Virus record (IMG/VR): IMGVR_UViG_3300031953_000022
Coordinates: 1-50,682 of that record
From: a virus
Lineage: Duplodnaviria; Caudoviricetes
Length of the DNA: 50,682 nucleotides
Reading direction: 5' to 3' (one strand)
Shown here: positions 19,667 through 27,851 of the stretch, piece after piece
Layout: each line of letters begins with the position of its first letter
Numbering within the stretch: position 1 is the stretch's first letter
Translations under genes and position numbers: made by a program
Notes under the pieces: generated by a model
The model's input: the letters and a program-made list of their open reading frames with translations, nothing else
What the model was told of the DNA's origin: nothing
Database searches by the model: none

Positions 19667-19893
19667 TTGATTGTTTTTATTATTTTATCGGAATTGTTGA
19701 AGCAGAAACTAATAAACTTAGCGTGTTTTAAAGCGTTTGACCTTTCTATTTCGGTCATTATTTCAGCCCCTTCGATTACTAGATAAGGTATTCTAGCAAT
19801 CTTGTATTTTGCGCCTAATCCAGATCCAATAATATTCCAGACGTTTTTGCTCTCGCTGTGTTTTACATCTGTAGTTATGTTTGGGTTTTCCAT
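19663..19893 (-). CDS. Hypothetical protein
   Basis: 76 aa ORF in cluster. Confidence 0.65.
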   Translation of the reverse strand: MENPNITTDVKHSESKNVWNIIGSGLGAKYKIARIPYLVIEGAEIMTEIERSNALKHAKFISFCFNNSDKIIKTIK

Positions 19894-19900
19894 AAGTAAA

Positions 19901-20116
19901 CTATTTGTCCTTATTTAATTCAGCTTCTAGTTCCTCTAATTCCTCAATAGCGATTCTTAGTAGTTTAGCGGCTAATTTAATTTCACTCCTTTGGTAAAGG
20001 TTTATTTCCACATCCTTTAACAAAGTTTCAGCGTTTAAAATCCTTCTTTCTTTCATTGGGGTTAATGGACCTAATCCGTGATCTAAAGTTTTAAATTTTT
20101 TGTTGAATAATTCCAT
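19901..20116 (-). CDS. Hypothetical protein
   Basis: 71 aa ORF in cluster. Confidence 0.6.
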   Translation of the reverse strand: MELFNKKFKTLDHGLGPLTPMKERRILNAETLLKDVEINLYQRSEIKLAAKLLRIAIEELEELEAELNKDK

Positions 20117-20143
20117 AAGTAAACCTGTAAGTTGATTTTTAAT

Positions 20144-20320
20144 TTAAAATTTCCGTTCCCGGTATGTAATTTTATAGAATTTCACCCCTTTATAGGTAAA
20201 AGGAAATTTCTTGTTTCGTAAAGTGTAGTAGCTAAACTCAGAATGATTCTTGCAAATTTCAGTTAAAGAACCCCAAACCTCAATTTCATCACCTTTCTGC
20301 AGGATAATTATTTGCTTCAT
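20144..20320 (-). CDS. Small putative DNA-binding protein
   Basis: MKQIIILQKGDEIEVWGSLTEICKNH.FSYYTL...; TATCTTTA element directly upstream. Confidence 0.55.
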   Translation of the reverse strand: MKQIIILQKGDEIEVWGSLTEICKNHSEFSYYTLRNKKFPFTYKGVKFYKITYRERKF

Positions 20321-20375
20321 AATAGTAAAGATACGCATTATCTTTCCATTGAAACAAAAATATATAATTTTAAAA

Positions 20376-20840
20376 TTAAGATTTAACCTTTGTCTTGTTT
20401 TTCAAATAAAGCGCCTTGTTTTCACAATCTATAATGGCTTTTCCTGCCTTTAAAACATCCGCCCCTATAATTCCGTGAACTTTTTCGGCATTGTGGTTTA
20501 CAAGGGCCTCGTTTACGTGTGAAAGATCAAACAACACTAAGTTAATTTTTTTCTTTTCCCAGCCTTTTATTTCAATACTGTTTTGCCGGGCAATTTGCGT
20601 GATCATATTTGCAGCCCCGGCACCTGCGGCCAGAATTTCGCTTTCTTCAACCGATAAATTAAAATGGTTTACGCTGTCAAAGTCTATGCAGGAACTAGAA
20701 GCCCCGGTATCGAGAATAAAATTTCCTTCTATTCTGTTGATTTTCGCTTTTACCTCGAAATGATTGGTAATAGTGCGCTTCAGGCTTATGCGGTGATAGC
20801 CTTTTTCCTTTAGAATACTCCTTAAAGTTCCTTTTTCCAT
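20376..20840 (-). CDS. Retropepsin-like aspartic protease (host-type)
   Basis: FILDTGASSS catalytic motif and GIIGAD motif; probable ATG at 20840. Confidence 0.9.
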   Translation of the reverse strand: MEKGTLRSILKEKGYHRISLKRTITNHFEVKAKINRIEGNFILDTGASSSCIDFDSVNHFNLSVEESEILAAGAGAANMITQIARQNSIEIKGWEKKKINLVLFDLSHVNEALVNHNAEKVHGIIGADVLKAGKAIIDCENKALYLKNKTKVKS

Positions 20841-20851
20841 GGTAGATAATT

Positions 20852-22001
20852 TTAACCCCAAAGACTTTTGGCGAGGCATACATAACGGACCGCTGCCAGT
20901 TCATCAGGTTCGTGTCCATCAGGTTCAGGGACTATTTTCCCATTGTGATCTATCTTCCAAAACCAACTCTCGCACCCGGTCTTGATCCCGGTGCTTCTTT
21001 TTGTGATCTTCAGGTTATAACTTCGCATTCGTTTAATCCCTGTAGCTACACTGCCCGCGCCTTTCTTGACCCCTCTGGCATTGTACCCGTGTTTTCTTAA
21101 ATCTACCAACTCAGTCTTACCGGAGCTGTCCCCTATGATCATCCAGCCTTTAGGGAATCCAATTTCTTCCATTTTATCAACAATTGCCATTCTTTCAGCT
21201 CCTTGTATCTTTTCCGGCATCAGGTTGTTTTCACTAAATCGCTGATCTAAATAGAGATTGGTGCCTTCCACGTAAACATCTATCAGGCAGGTTGGGTCTG
21301 GACTTTGCCCAAAATCCATTCCTGAAGGGATTCTTTTTGCCGTCTCAGGTACTTCGTCTACCATTTCAAAGGAATAGATCCTGCGGTCGCTGTAAGTTCC
21401 AGTTAGGCCTAAACCGTAAACCCGGTACCATTGGGTATTTTCCTTTCTGGATTCAATGTACCTTACCTCGTTTTCCGGGCATAATTCGTTATCCAAAAAA
21501 GTAACCACGATCTTTTCGCAGTCGTCCCTAGGCTCCAGTTCGGTGTGCGCCCAGAATTCAAAGTCGGGGTTGAAATCAATGAACACTTCTTTTGATCTGG
21601 AAATGTAAGGCTCCGCAGCGGCCCATCCTATCTTGTTCCCTTCGTTTATGTATAGAATTTGCCTTCTCTTGGATTTACCAGCGTGGGGCTTATGATCTGC
21701 TATGTACCTGAACTGTATCTTGCTTTTTCCCCAGGTCAAAACCTTCTCCTGTTTATTGTAATAATCGTAGAGGTTTAATCCGCTCCACTGAAATATATCT
21801 TCATAATCAGTCAGGATACCATCCTTAATATTATCGTAGGTATCGCTTAGAATGGTGATAATCCTGGCATCCTGTCTCTCTAAAAGATGAATGGCCAATG
21901 CGTAGTTCTTTCCTGCTCCTAGGTCATTGACCCCCCTGAATCAATTTCAGGGGGGCTTTCATTGCTTTTATTTTATAATACGTTGTGGTGAGGCCTATCA
22001 T
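20852..22001 (-). CDS. terL: Terminase large subunit (PBSX-type), frame interrupted at 21926-21920
   Basis: ATG 22001 overlaps terS stop; IQGGQ*/GAGKN Walker A halves; YINEGN Walker B; DFNP; GMDFGQSPDPT nuclease motif. Confidence 0.9.
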
Positions 22002-22510
22002 TTGTTTTTCCTTACGTCTACTACTTGGATTGTTGGGGCGGTTTTTTGGTCATTGTCAATTTTATAACCTCCTAAATGTTTCATCAACTCAACAATATTG
22101 GCCCGCCTGTTTGAGGCTTTGACTTTTTTTGTAGTGGTGACTACCATTCCGTCTACCGTGAATTCATCACTATCCAAAGATTCTATTGCAAGCCGGGTTT
22201 CTTTTGGGATTTCATGAATAGGCTTTAACTTTCCGTTTTCATCATAACAATCTGCAATATCAAATCTTGCCATTGAAGCGAGTAAAGAAACGCACTCGTC
22301 TACAGTGATTTTGTTGCGCTCTGCTGCCTCTTTTTGAAGTTCTGATACCCTCGCCCTAATCTCCCCGTTAGCGTACAGCTCATAGGCTTTATTGTTAATG
22401 GTTTCGGGTTTCATTTTTTCAGCATTATAAGCAAGTCTGTAAGCTTCGGATTTGTTCCCGGTCTTCATATACTCCTGGCAGAAATTTTCTTGCTTTGCGG
22501 TCAATCCCAT
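21998..22510 (-). CDS. terS: Terminase small subunit
   Basis: LTAKQENFCQEY...GNKSEAYRLAY; ELMKHLG. Confidence 0.92.
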   Translation of the reverse strand: MGLTAKQENFCQEYMKTGNKSEAYRLAYNAEKMKPETINNKAYELYANGEIRARVSELQKEAAERNKITVDECVSLLASMARFDIADCYDENGKLKPIHEIPKETRLAIESLDSDEFTVDGMVVTTTKKVKASNRRANIVELMKHLGGYKIDNDQKTAPTIQVVDVRKNK

Positions 22511-22514
22511 TGCT

Positions 22515-22892
22515 TCAGTCTTTTTTAATTCTAGGTGTAAACGATATATCCAAATACCATTGATCGTCTGTGTGATGTCCCAATGCGTTAAATCCGTAAT
22601 TCAAATGCAATATATAAGAATCTCTACTTCCTGGCAAAACCGAATGATTGTAACTTGGATTTCCTTTTGCGTCAACGCATCTCAATGCTCCTAAAAACTC
22701 TCTCAATTTCTCAAGTAATTCATAAGGATCTACAGGGTTGTCATTCCAGGCCACACAGACCAAATCTAAATCCCTATCCATTGATCCGTGTACCAATAAA
22801 TTGTAACCATTCTCTTTCGCTATCCTTTGCATTTCCGGCAAACAGACAGCGTACAGTATTGGTTTAGATTTTATTGGCTTGGCGTGAATCAT
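22515..22892 (-). CDS. Minimal nucleotidyltransferase-like protein
   Basis: VHGSMDRDLDL resembles the Pol-beta superfamily GS..DxD motif; third Asp in YLDISF. Confidence 0.55.
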   Translation of the reverse strand: MIHAKPIKSKPILYAVCLPEMQRIAKENGYNLLVHGSMDRDLDLVCVAWNDNPVDPYELLEKLREFLGALRCVDAKGNPSYNHSVLPGSRDSYILHLNYGFNALGHHTDDQWYLDISFTPRIKKD

Positions 22893-22922
22893 TATTTATA
22901 TCGATTCTATTTAACAAATATA
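22892..22922 (-). promoter_or_regulatory. Packaging operon promoter (-7 TATATTTG) with degenerate Fur-box-like palindrome
   Basis: TATATTTG 22922-22915; TTATTTATA-TCGAT-TCTATTTAA 22892-22914. Confidence 0.5.
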
Positions 22923-22976
22923 CTTTATTCCCTGTAATAATCAAACTGTTAAAGTTTTAAAAATAATGCTTTCTTA

Positions 22977-23008
22977 TTTGTACGGCATTATTTCTTGTCG
23001 TATATTTA
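22977..23008 (+). promoter_or_regulatory. Bacteroidota sigma-A promoter with operator-like inverted repeat
   Basis: TTTG-N20-TATATTTA; spacer holds TACGGCA...TGTCGTA. Confidence 0.65.
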
Positions 23009-23044
23009 CCATGTTGAAATTAATAACTACAAATCTTAGAAACT

Positions 23045-23368
23045 ATGTCAAATTCAAACAACGCATTCAGAACCAAAGTTTTTCATTGGGCACATCAACT
23101 GGTAAAATCTACTGGCAAATCATTTTCAGTATGTCTTTCTAAAGCCTGGTCCCTGTACCGTCTTAGAAAACGTATGGCAACTGAAACTGTAAAGATCGCT
23201 TTTGAAAAAGCCGATGGATCTTTAAGGATCGCTTTTGCAACTCTAAAAGATACCGCAACCTTGATTAAAGGTAACGGAACTCCTAATTACAAAACCCTTC
23301 CTTATTTTGATACTGAGGCAAATGGGTTTAGGGCTTTTAAACTCGAAAACTTTATCGCTGCTTATTAA
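23045..23368 (+). CDS. WYL_2 / Sm-like SH3 beta-barrel protein
   Basis: VKIAFEKADGSLRIAFATL...YFDTEANGFRAFK motif. Confidence 0.8.
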   Translation: MSNSNNAFRTKVFHWAHQLVKSTGKSFSVCLSKAWSLYRLRKRMATETVKIAFEKADGSLRIAFATLKDTATLIKGNGTPNYKTLPYFDTEANGFRAFKLENFIAAY

Positions 23369-23373
23369 TTAAC

Positions 23374-23396
23374 CGGGGTGTAAAAACCCCTTTTTT
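23374..23396 (+). terminator. Intrinsic terminator
   Basis: GGGGT-GTAAA-AACCCC followed by T-run. Confidence 0.6.
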
Positions 23397-23408
23397 ATCC
23401 TTTCAATT

Positions 23409-23714
23409 ATGAGTAAAAACAGATTTGATCAGACTTTAGCCGAAACAAAAACCTTTTTTAATAGGGGTACAATTGTTAAATCTAATCGCATACACCTGGA
23501 GTATGTTTCTAAATATCGCAGGGTTCTTGTCTTAGCTGATGGATCTGGATTTGTTATTTCTGTTTCCTATAAGCTTGTAGACGTTAAACCCTGGGAGAAT
23601 AGATATGGCACCTTGTCTCTTGCAATGGCTTGGGCTAATGCTCAAATCAAGAATAGAGAAATTTATTTAGGGTCTTTAACTATTATTGAGGCTCCAGGTA
23701 AAAGGATAATTTAA
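23409..23714 (+). CDS. Hypothetical protein
   Basis: 101 aa in plus-strand island. Confidence 0.65.
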   Translation: MSKNRFDQTLAETKTFFNRGTIVKSNRIHLEYVSKYRRVLVLADGSGFVISVSYKLVDVKPWENRYGTLSLAMAWANAQIKNREIYLGSLTIIEAPGKRII

Positions 23715-23785
23715 ACTTACAAACCTAACGGGGGCTTCGGCTTCCTTCTTAAATATTTTGTTGAAACTTTTAAATCTTAGAACTT

Positions 23786-23935
23786 ATGAAAAATTACTTT
23801 AATGAATTCACAGCTGATTTTCATCCTATCGGAAAATTGACTATTATTGGGGTATTAACTTTTATTGCCCTTTGCGTATTAGCCTTAATTATTAACCTGG
23901 CATTGAATGGGGCTCCAGCTACTATTGCTTACTAA
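23786..23935 (+). CDS. Small single-TM protein
   Basis: Own translation MKNYFNEFTADFHPIGKLTIIGVLTFIALCVLALIINLALNGAPATIAY; preceded by the repeated leader. Confidence 0.7.
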   Translation: MKNYFNEFTADFHPIGKLTIIGVLTFIALCVLALIINLALNGAPATIAY

Positions 23936-23946
23936 AAATTTGATTT

Positions 23947-24315
23947 ATGGAATTAGAGTTAAAAGATAAAGACGGTCAATCATTGAGGCTTGGCGACATG
24001 GTACGTGTTTTAAAGCTGACAGATGATTCAGGAAATGCCACTGATCTTTATGGGGTAGAGCCTCAATTAAACGGATGGGTTGATATCCTTTATATCGAGC
24101 CTTTTGAGGGAATAATCACCTTCGATCATAAAAAACTAATGGTCGTCATAAAAGGAAAGTGCAATAACCTTCCTTTGTCGGATTTTATAAGGTATAATAT
24201 CTGGAATGATATATATGATAGGCTTTCAAAAGAAGATTTGGAAATTGCAAAAGAAGAGTTTGGCTTAGAAAATACTGATTACGAAACAATAATTGATTAC
24301 CTCGTAAAATTATAA
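23947..24315 (+). CDS. YopX-like protein
   Basis: LKDKDGQSLRLGDMV resembles the YopX LKDKNG.EIYEGDIV motif. Confidence 0.5.
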   Translation: MELELKDKDGQSLRLGDMVRVLKLTDDSGNATDLYGVEPQLNGWVDILYIEPFEGIITFDHKKLMVVIKGKCNNLPLSDFIRYNIWNDIYDRLSKEDLEIAKEEFGLENTDYETIIDYLVKL

Positions 24316-24329
24316 ACCCTATTCAATTG

Positions 24330-24356
24330 AAAAGCCCGGTAACTACTCCGGGCTTT
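24330..24356 (+). terminator. Hairpin / probable terminator
   Basis: AAAGCCCGG...CCGGGCTTT. Confidence 0.65.
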
Positions 24357-24388
24357 CCTGTTGAAACTATAACCATACCTTAGAAAAT

Positions 24389-24583
24389 ATGGATACAAAA
24401 GTAAAAGTACTTGAAATTATTGATATTTTCGGGATCAAAGATAAAAAGGCGGCTGAGTTTATGGGTATTTCCTACTCTCAATTCACGAATAAAAAACATC
24501 AGCGGAATTACAATAAATTCCATCCCTCGGAACTTTATAGCCTTATTTCCTATTTGCGGGAAAAGGTGTTGGATTTGCCTTAG
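24389..24583 (+). CDS. Small HTH regulator
   Basis: GIKDKKAAEFMGISYSQFTNKK helix-turn-helix pattern. Confidence 0.7.
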   Translation: MDTKVKVLEIIDIFGIKDKKAAEFMGISYSQFTNKKHQRNYNKFHPSELYSLISYLREKVLDLP

Positions 24584-24675
24584 AATGTCAATGAACTTTA
24601 AAAATTAAAAACTCCCTTTCTTTAAGTCACTTCTAGCGGCTCGGTATTGGGGGTTCCTTCGATTGGGAGTTTTTT

Positions 24676-25038
24676 TTAATCTAAATTATCTGGGTGATAA
24701 TGTTTAACATCTCCAAATGCTTCATAGTATTCATCTTGCACCTCTCCATCAACATTAGGCCAATTAACATCCTCTTTAATTTCGATGGCATCCGCAACGT
24801 CTCTCTCCCCTTTAGCATTCCTTAAAATACATATCGCCTCTTTGATTATTTCGGTTTCTTTATTCATATTTGGTTTTTCTTTTGTTATCTGATTATGCGT
24901 ATTTTGCCAATTTTTCAAAGTCTCCAGATTCCTTTCCGGTTCCGCTTCCTTGAAATTCTCCGGCTTCCAATTCCTGATTTTATAAGTACTTCCTACTAAA
25001 ATATCAGGGTTGTCTGGATGCGGTTTGAATCGGCTCAT
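24676..25038 (-). CDS. Hypothetical protein
   Basis: 120 aa; possible internal start at MNKETE. Confidence 0.55.
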   Translation of the reverse strand: MSRFKPHPDNPDILVGSTYKIRNWKPENFKEAEPERNLETLKNWQNTHNQITKEKPNMNKETEIIKEAICILRNAKGERDVADAIEIKEDVNWPNVDGEVQDEYYEAFGDVKHYHPDNLD

Positions 25039-25040
25039 TC

Positions 25041-25391
25041 CTAATACCTGTAATTATATTTTTCCTTCACTCTCTTCCACTCACGGTCTAGCCTACTGTT
25101 TTGCTTTTGGAAGGTCAAAGTTCTTGAAACTCGCTTGATATCTTTTTCGGTAAATTTGCTGTATGTTCCGAAAATATTTAAATCCAACCAAAACTTTATG
25201 TTCCTGTAGGTGTCGGACCTACTAACCCTGTTAAGGAAATTCCAAATAATGATAAAAATCCCTACAAGTGTTCCCAGGAGCAAGCAACCGATTAAAGTGA
25301 GCCAACCACTTAAGGTTTTATAATTAAATTCTCCTTGCCCCGCTATGTAAGCGTTGAGCATTAAATAAATTAAGATTGCTATTTCAATCAT
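25041..25391 (-). CDS. Membrane protein
   Basis: Two hydrophobic helices. Confidence 0.65.
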   Translation of the reverse strand: MIEIAILIYLMLNAYIAGQGEFNYKTLSGWLTLIGCLLLGTLVGIFIIIWNFLNRVSRSDTYRNIKFWLDLNIFGTYSKFTEKDIKRVSRTLTFQKQNSRLDREWKRVKEKYNYRY

Positions 25392-25681
25392 AAACCTAGT
25401 TTTTTCTTAACGTTATTCGTGTTTAAAGAAGAAATGTAAACACAATCTTTATTTATCAAAACCTTTTTAGAAGGGCAAAGGTTTTTATTTTTCGCCTGCT
25501 CTAAAGTGATTGTTTGACTTTCAAATTTCGCTTTCTTTATTTCTCCGGTGAATCGGTTCACTTCAAAAAGGGTGTGCCCTTTGCGCGGCCTGATCCTTCC
25601 AATTAACTTAACTTCCTTTTGCTGTTCCGCTTGTTTTGATAAGACTATTTTGTCTTTGTCCCTTGGTTGGATTTCCTTCAT
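25388..25681 (-). CDS. Hypothetical phage protein
   Basis: 97 aa, coupled. Confidence 0.65.
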   Translation of the reverse strand: MKEIQPRDKDKIVLSKQAEQQKEVKLIGRIRPRKGHTLFEVNRFTGEIKKAKFESQTITLEQAKNKNLCPSKKVLINKDCVYISSLNTNNVKKKLGL

Positions 25682-25684
25682 ATT

Positions 25685-26410
25685 TTAAAATATTACAACC
25701 CTTTTCTGGTTATTGTGATTATAAACTCTTTCAATATTGTAAATATATTCTTTGGCGCTTCCTTGGCTATCCATCAAATTTGGCGCGGCTGCAATTTTCT
25801 GTTTTAAAACTGAAAAATCACAAAGCCCGGCTTTCTCAATGTCCTGCATTGCCTGGATCAAATACCTGTCATTTCTAAATCGGTAACGCTCAAAGGTATC
25901 TCTGGTTAATTGGGTGGCGTGTTTTGCCGCTTCCAGATGGTTTACTACAAATTCTCCGTCCCTGAAGATATCCATGGAGTTTTTGTTTCCCTTCACGTTT
26001 CCAAACATTAACAAATCAATTGATGCTGAGTAGATAATCCCGAATTCATCTATAAAATCTGAAAGTATTTCATAATCCTTTACTCCCAAACTCATATAAC
26101 ATTCCAGAAAGTCCCTGTTTTTCCATTTATCGCTCCGGGAATTCAGGCGGGCAATTTGCTTTAAATCCAATTCGTCGCAAATCACAAAATAAACAGGCAA
26201 CTCTAGGCGCTTTGAAGTTTCAAAACGGTGCTGTCCATCCACGATCATAAATTTTTCATTCTGCCTGTAAACAACAATCGGGCAATATTTAAGAAGATCT
26301 AAGCCCGATGTGATATCCTGCATTAATCTTTCAATCTTCTTTTCGTTGACAATCCTGTTTCCAGTGATTTTCTTGAAGATGCTGTAATTTTTTGAAGATT
26401 GAATTTCCAT
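25685..26410 (-). CDS. ParB/Srx N-terminal domain protein
   Basis: GNR, PIVV, IVDGQHR motifs; probable ATG 26410. Confidence 0.85.
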   Translation of the reverse strand: MEIQSSKNYSIFKKITGNRIVNEKKIERLMQDITSGLDLLKYCPIVVYRQNEKFMIVDGQHRFETSKRLELPVYFVICDELDLKQIARLNSRSDKWKNRDFLECYMSLGVKDYEILSDFIDEFGIIYSASIDLLMFGNVKGNKNSMDIFRDGEFVVNHLEAAKHATQLTRDTFERYRFRNDRYLIQAMQDIEKAGLCDFSVLKQKIAAAPNLMDSQGSAKEYIYNIERVYNHNNQKRVVIF

Positions 26411-26631
26411 TGATTTTTTATAAAAATACCCCTCCATTTGTGGGGAACAAAGGGGTATATGAAAAATATAAACTTAGAACCTGGTTAGGCCCTAGATTGA
26501 ATTGCAATAAGATTTAAAAGTTGCGCTATTTTTGACTTTAACCCGTGAAAAACAGTGCTTTGGAAACTGCAATATAATAAATATCAGAATAACAATAGGG
26601 GTTTTCCTGTATTTTTTTCAGGCAAATTTAT

Positions 26632-26826
26632 TTACTCTTCATCCAGGACTAACACGTCCTGAAATGCCACGCAATCTTCATATTCAGGGATTTGATGGAA
26701 CCGTATTCTTTGAACGCTTGCGCTGTTTAAAAGTCCGTAGGTGAATTCTGTTTTCCCTCCGCAAACAAAGACTTCCATAGTATCTGGAAGGTTTGCAATT
26801 TTCTCTTTAAGCTGTTTTACTGTCAT
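26632..26826 (-). CDS. Hypothetical phage protein
   Basis: MTVKQLKEKIANLPDTMEV common phage N-terminus. Confidence 0.7.
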   Translation of the reverse strand: MTVKQLKEKIANLPDTMEVFVCGGKTEFTYGLLNSASVQRIRFHQIPEYEDCVAFQDVLVLDEE

Positions 26827-27041
26827 TGTTTTTTTGGTTTTAATCTCACCACAAAGGAGTTAAACCCGCTTGCTATGTAGGTGTCTTGACTTAGTGATAA
26901 TCGCATTAACTTATATTTCCTGTCTTTGCTAAATCTATTTTCAAGCATAGATTTTAGCATAACATCTGGCACGGGCTCTGTTCCGCTTCCATCGCGTTTT
27001 ATCATGCTGATAAATTCTAGTCTGTGTGGTTTTTTCCTCAT
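26823..27041 (-). CDS. Hypothetical protein
   Basis: 72 aa, coupled. Confidence 0.6.
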   Translation of the reverse strand: MRKKPHRLEFISMIKRDGSGTEPVPDVMLKSMLENRFSKDRKYKLMRLSLSQDTYIASGFNSFVVRLKPKKQ

Positions 27042-27043
27042 TT

Positions 27044-27187
27044 TTATTGAGTTGTTTCAAACCATTTATAACTAGGATAGTCGCTTTCAAAGATCGCTAT
27101 GGCATCTTCACGCTCCGGGGCTTCGATGTTAATATCGTTCTTGATCTTCCCTTTAGCCGTTCGGTATAGGAATTTGAAGGAAGTCAT
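27044..27187 (-). CDS. Small hypothetical protein
   Basis: Own translation MTSFKFLYRTAKGKIKNDINIEAPEREDAIAIF..., 47 aa, fills the gap. Confidence 0.6.
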   Translation of the reverse strand: MTSFKFLYRTAKGKIKNDINIEAPEREDAIAIFESDYPSYKWFETTQ

Positions 27188-27483
27188 AAGTTGATATTTG
27201 TAACCGCTTTAAACTTCTCTATCTGCCTTAATTCTTTTGTTATCAGCTTATTTTTTACCGGACCCGCATCCAGAAACGTGTTCATCAGCTCGTTTAATGC
27301 TGTGAAGGTACCGACTGAAAATACACATTTCGTTTCGGAAATACTCCGCGTTTTGCGGTCTTGAAGGGTTTTTGTGTGTAAAATAAAGTACTTTGATTCG
27401 CCTTCCTGGACCAGGAAGATATCAATCCTTTTGTTTTTTCCTTTTGCCTCGATAAATTTCAGGCATACTTTTGGTTCTTTCAT
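27184..27483 (-). CDS. Hypothetical protein
   Basis: 99 aa, coupled. Confidence 0.6.
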   Translation of the reverse strand: MKEPKVCLKFIEAKGKNKRIDIFLVQEGESKYFILHTKTLQDRKTRSISETKCVFSVGTFTALNELMNTFLDAGPVKNKLITKELRQIEKFKAVTNINL

Positions 27484-27494
27484 AACGGTTAGGG

Positions 27495-27701
27495 TTACTT
27501 GATTAGTTTTTTAGGCTCCACAACTCCAAACATACTATTGGCTTGCACGGCAATTGCGTCTGGAAATTCCCTGCGGTCCACAATCATTCCTGTACCTCTC
27601 TGGCACCCGGCATAACCTGAAGCGTTCAAGCCTTTAATCCAGGCAACCCTTTCTTCAATACTGCTTTCTTTTGTGATATCGTCTAATTTGAAAATCTTCA
27701 T
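27495..27701 (-). CDS. Hypothetical phage protein
   Basis: Start MKIFKLDD at 27701; SGYAGC...G.IVDRREFPDA. Confidence 0.6.
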   Translation of the reverse strand: MKIFKLDDITKESSIEERVAWIKGLNASGYAGCQRGTGMIVDRREFPDAIAVQANSMFGVVEPKKLIK

Positions 27702-27721
27702 AATTTTGAATTTAGAATTAT

Positions 27722-27832
27722 TTAATTTAAAATCTCTGAAGCAAGTCCAAACAGGAAGATTCCGAATACAATTGAACATGCAATGATTTGATTTAGTTTG
27801 AAATGTGAGCGAATTACTTTGAGTGTTTTCAT
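27722..27832 (-). CDS. Tiny membrane protein
   Basis: Own translation MKTLKVIRSHFKLNQIIACSIVFGIFLFGLASEILN. Confidence 0.45.
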   Translation of the reverse strand: MKTLKVIRSHFKLNQIIACSIVFGIFLFGLASEILN

Positions 27833-27851
27833 AATGGTTTGTATTTAAAAA

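Noticed and set aside
21920-21926. Group I/II intron or intein in terL
   Set aside because: Only 7 nt intervene, far too short for a ribozyme or intein
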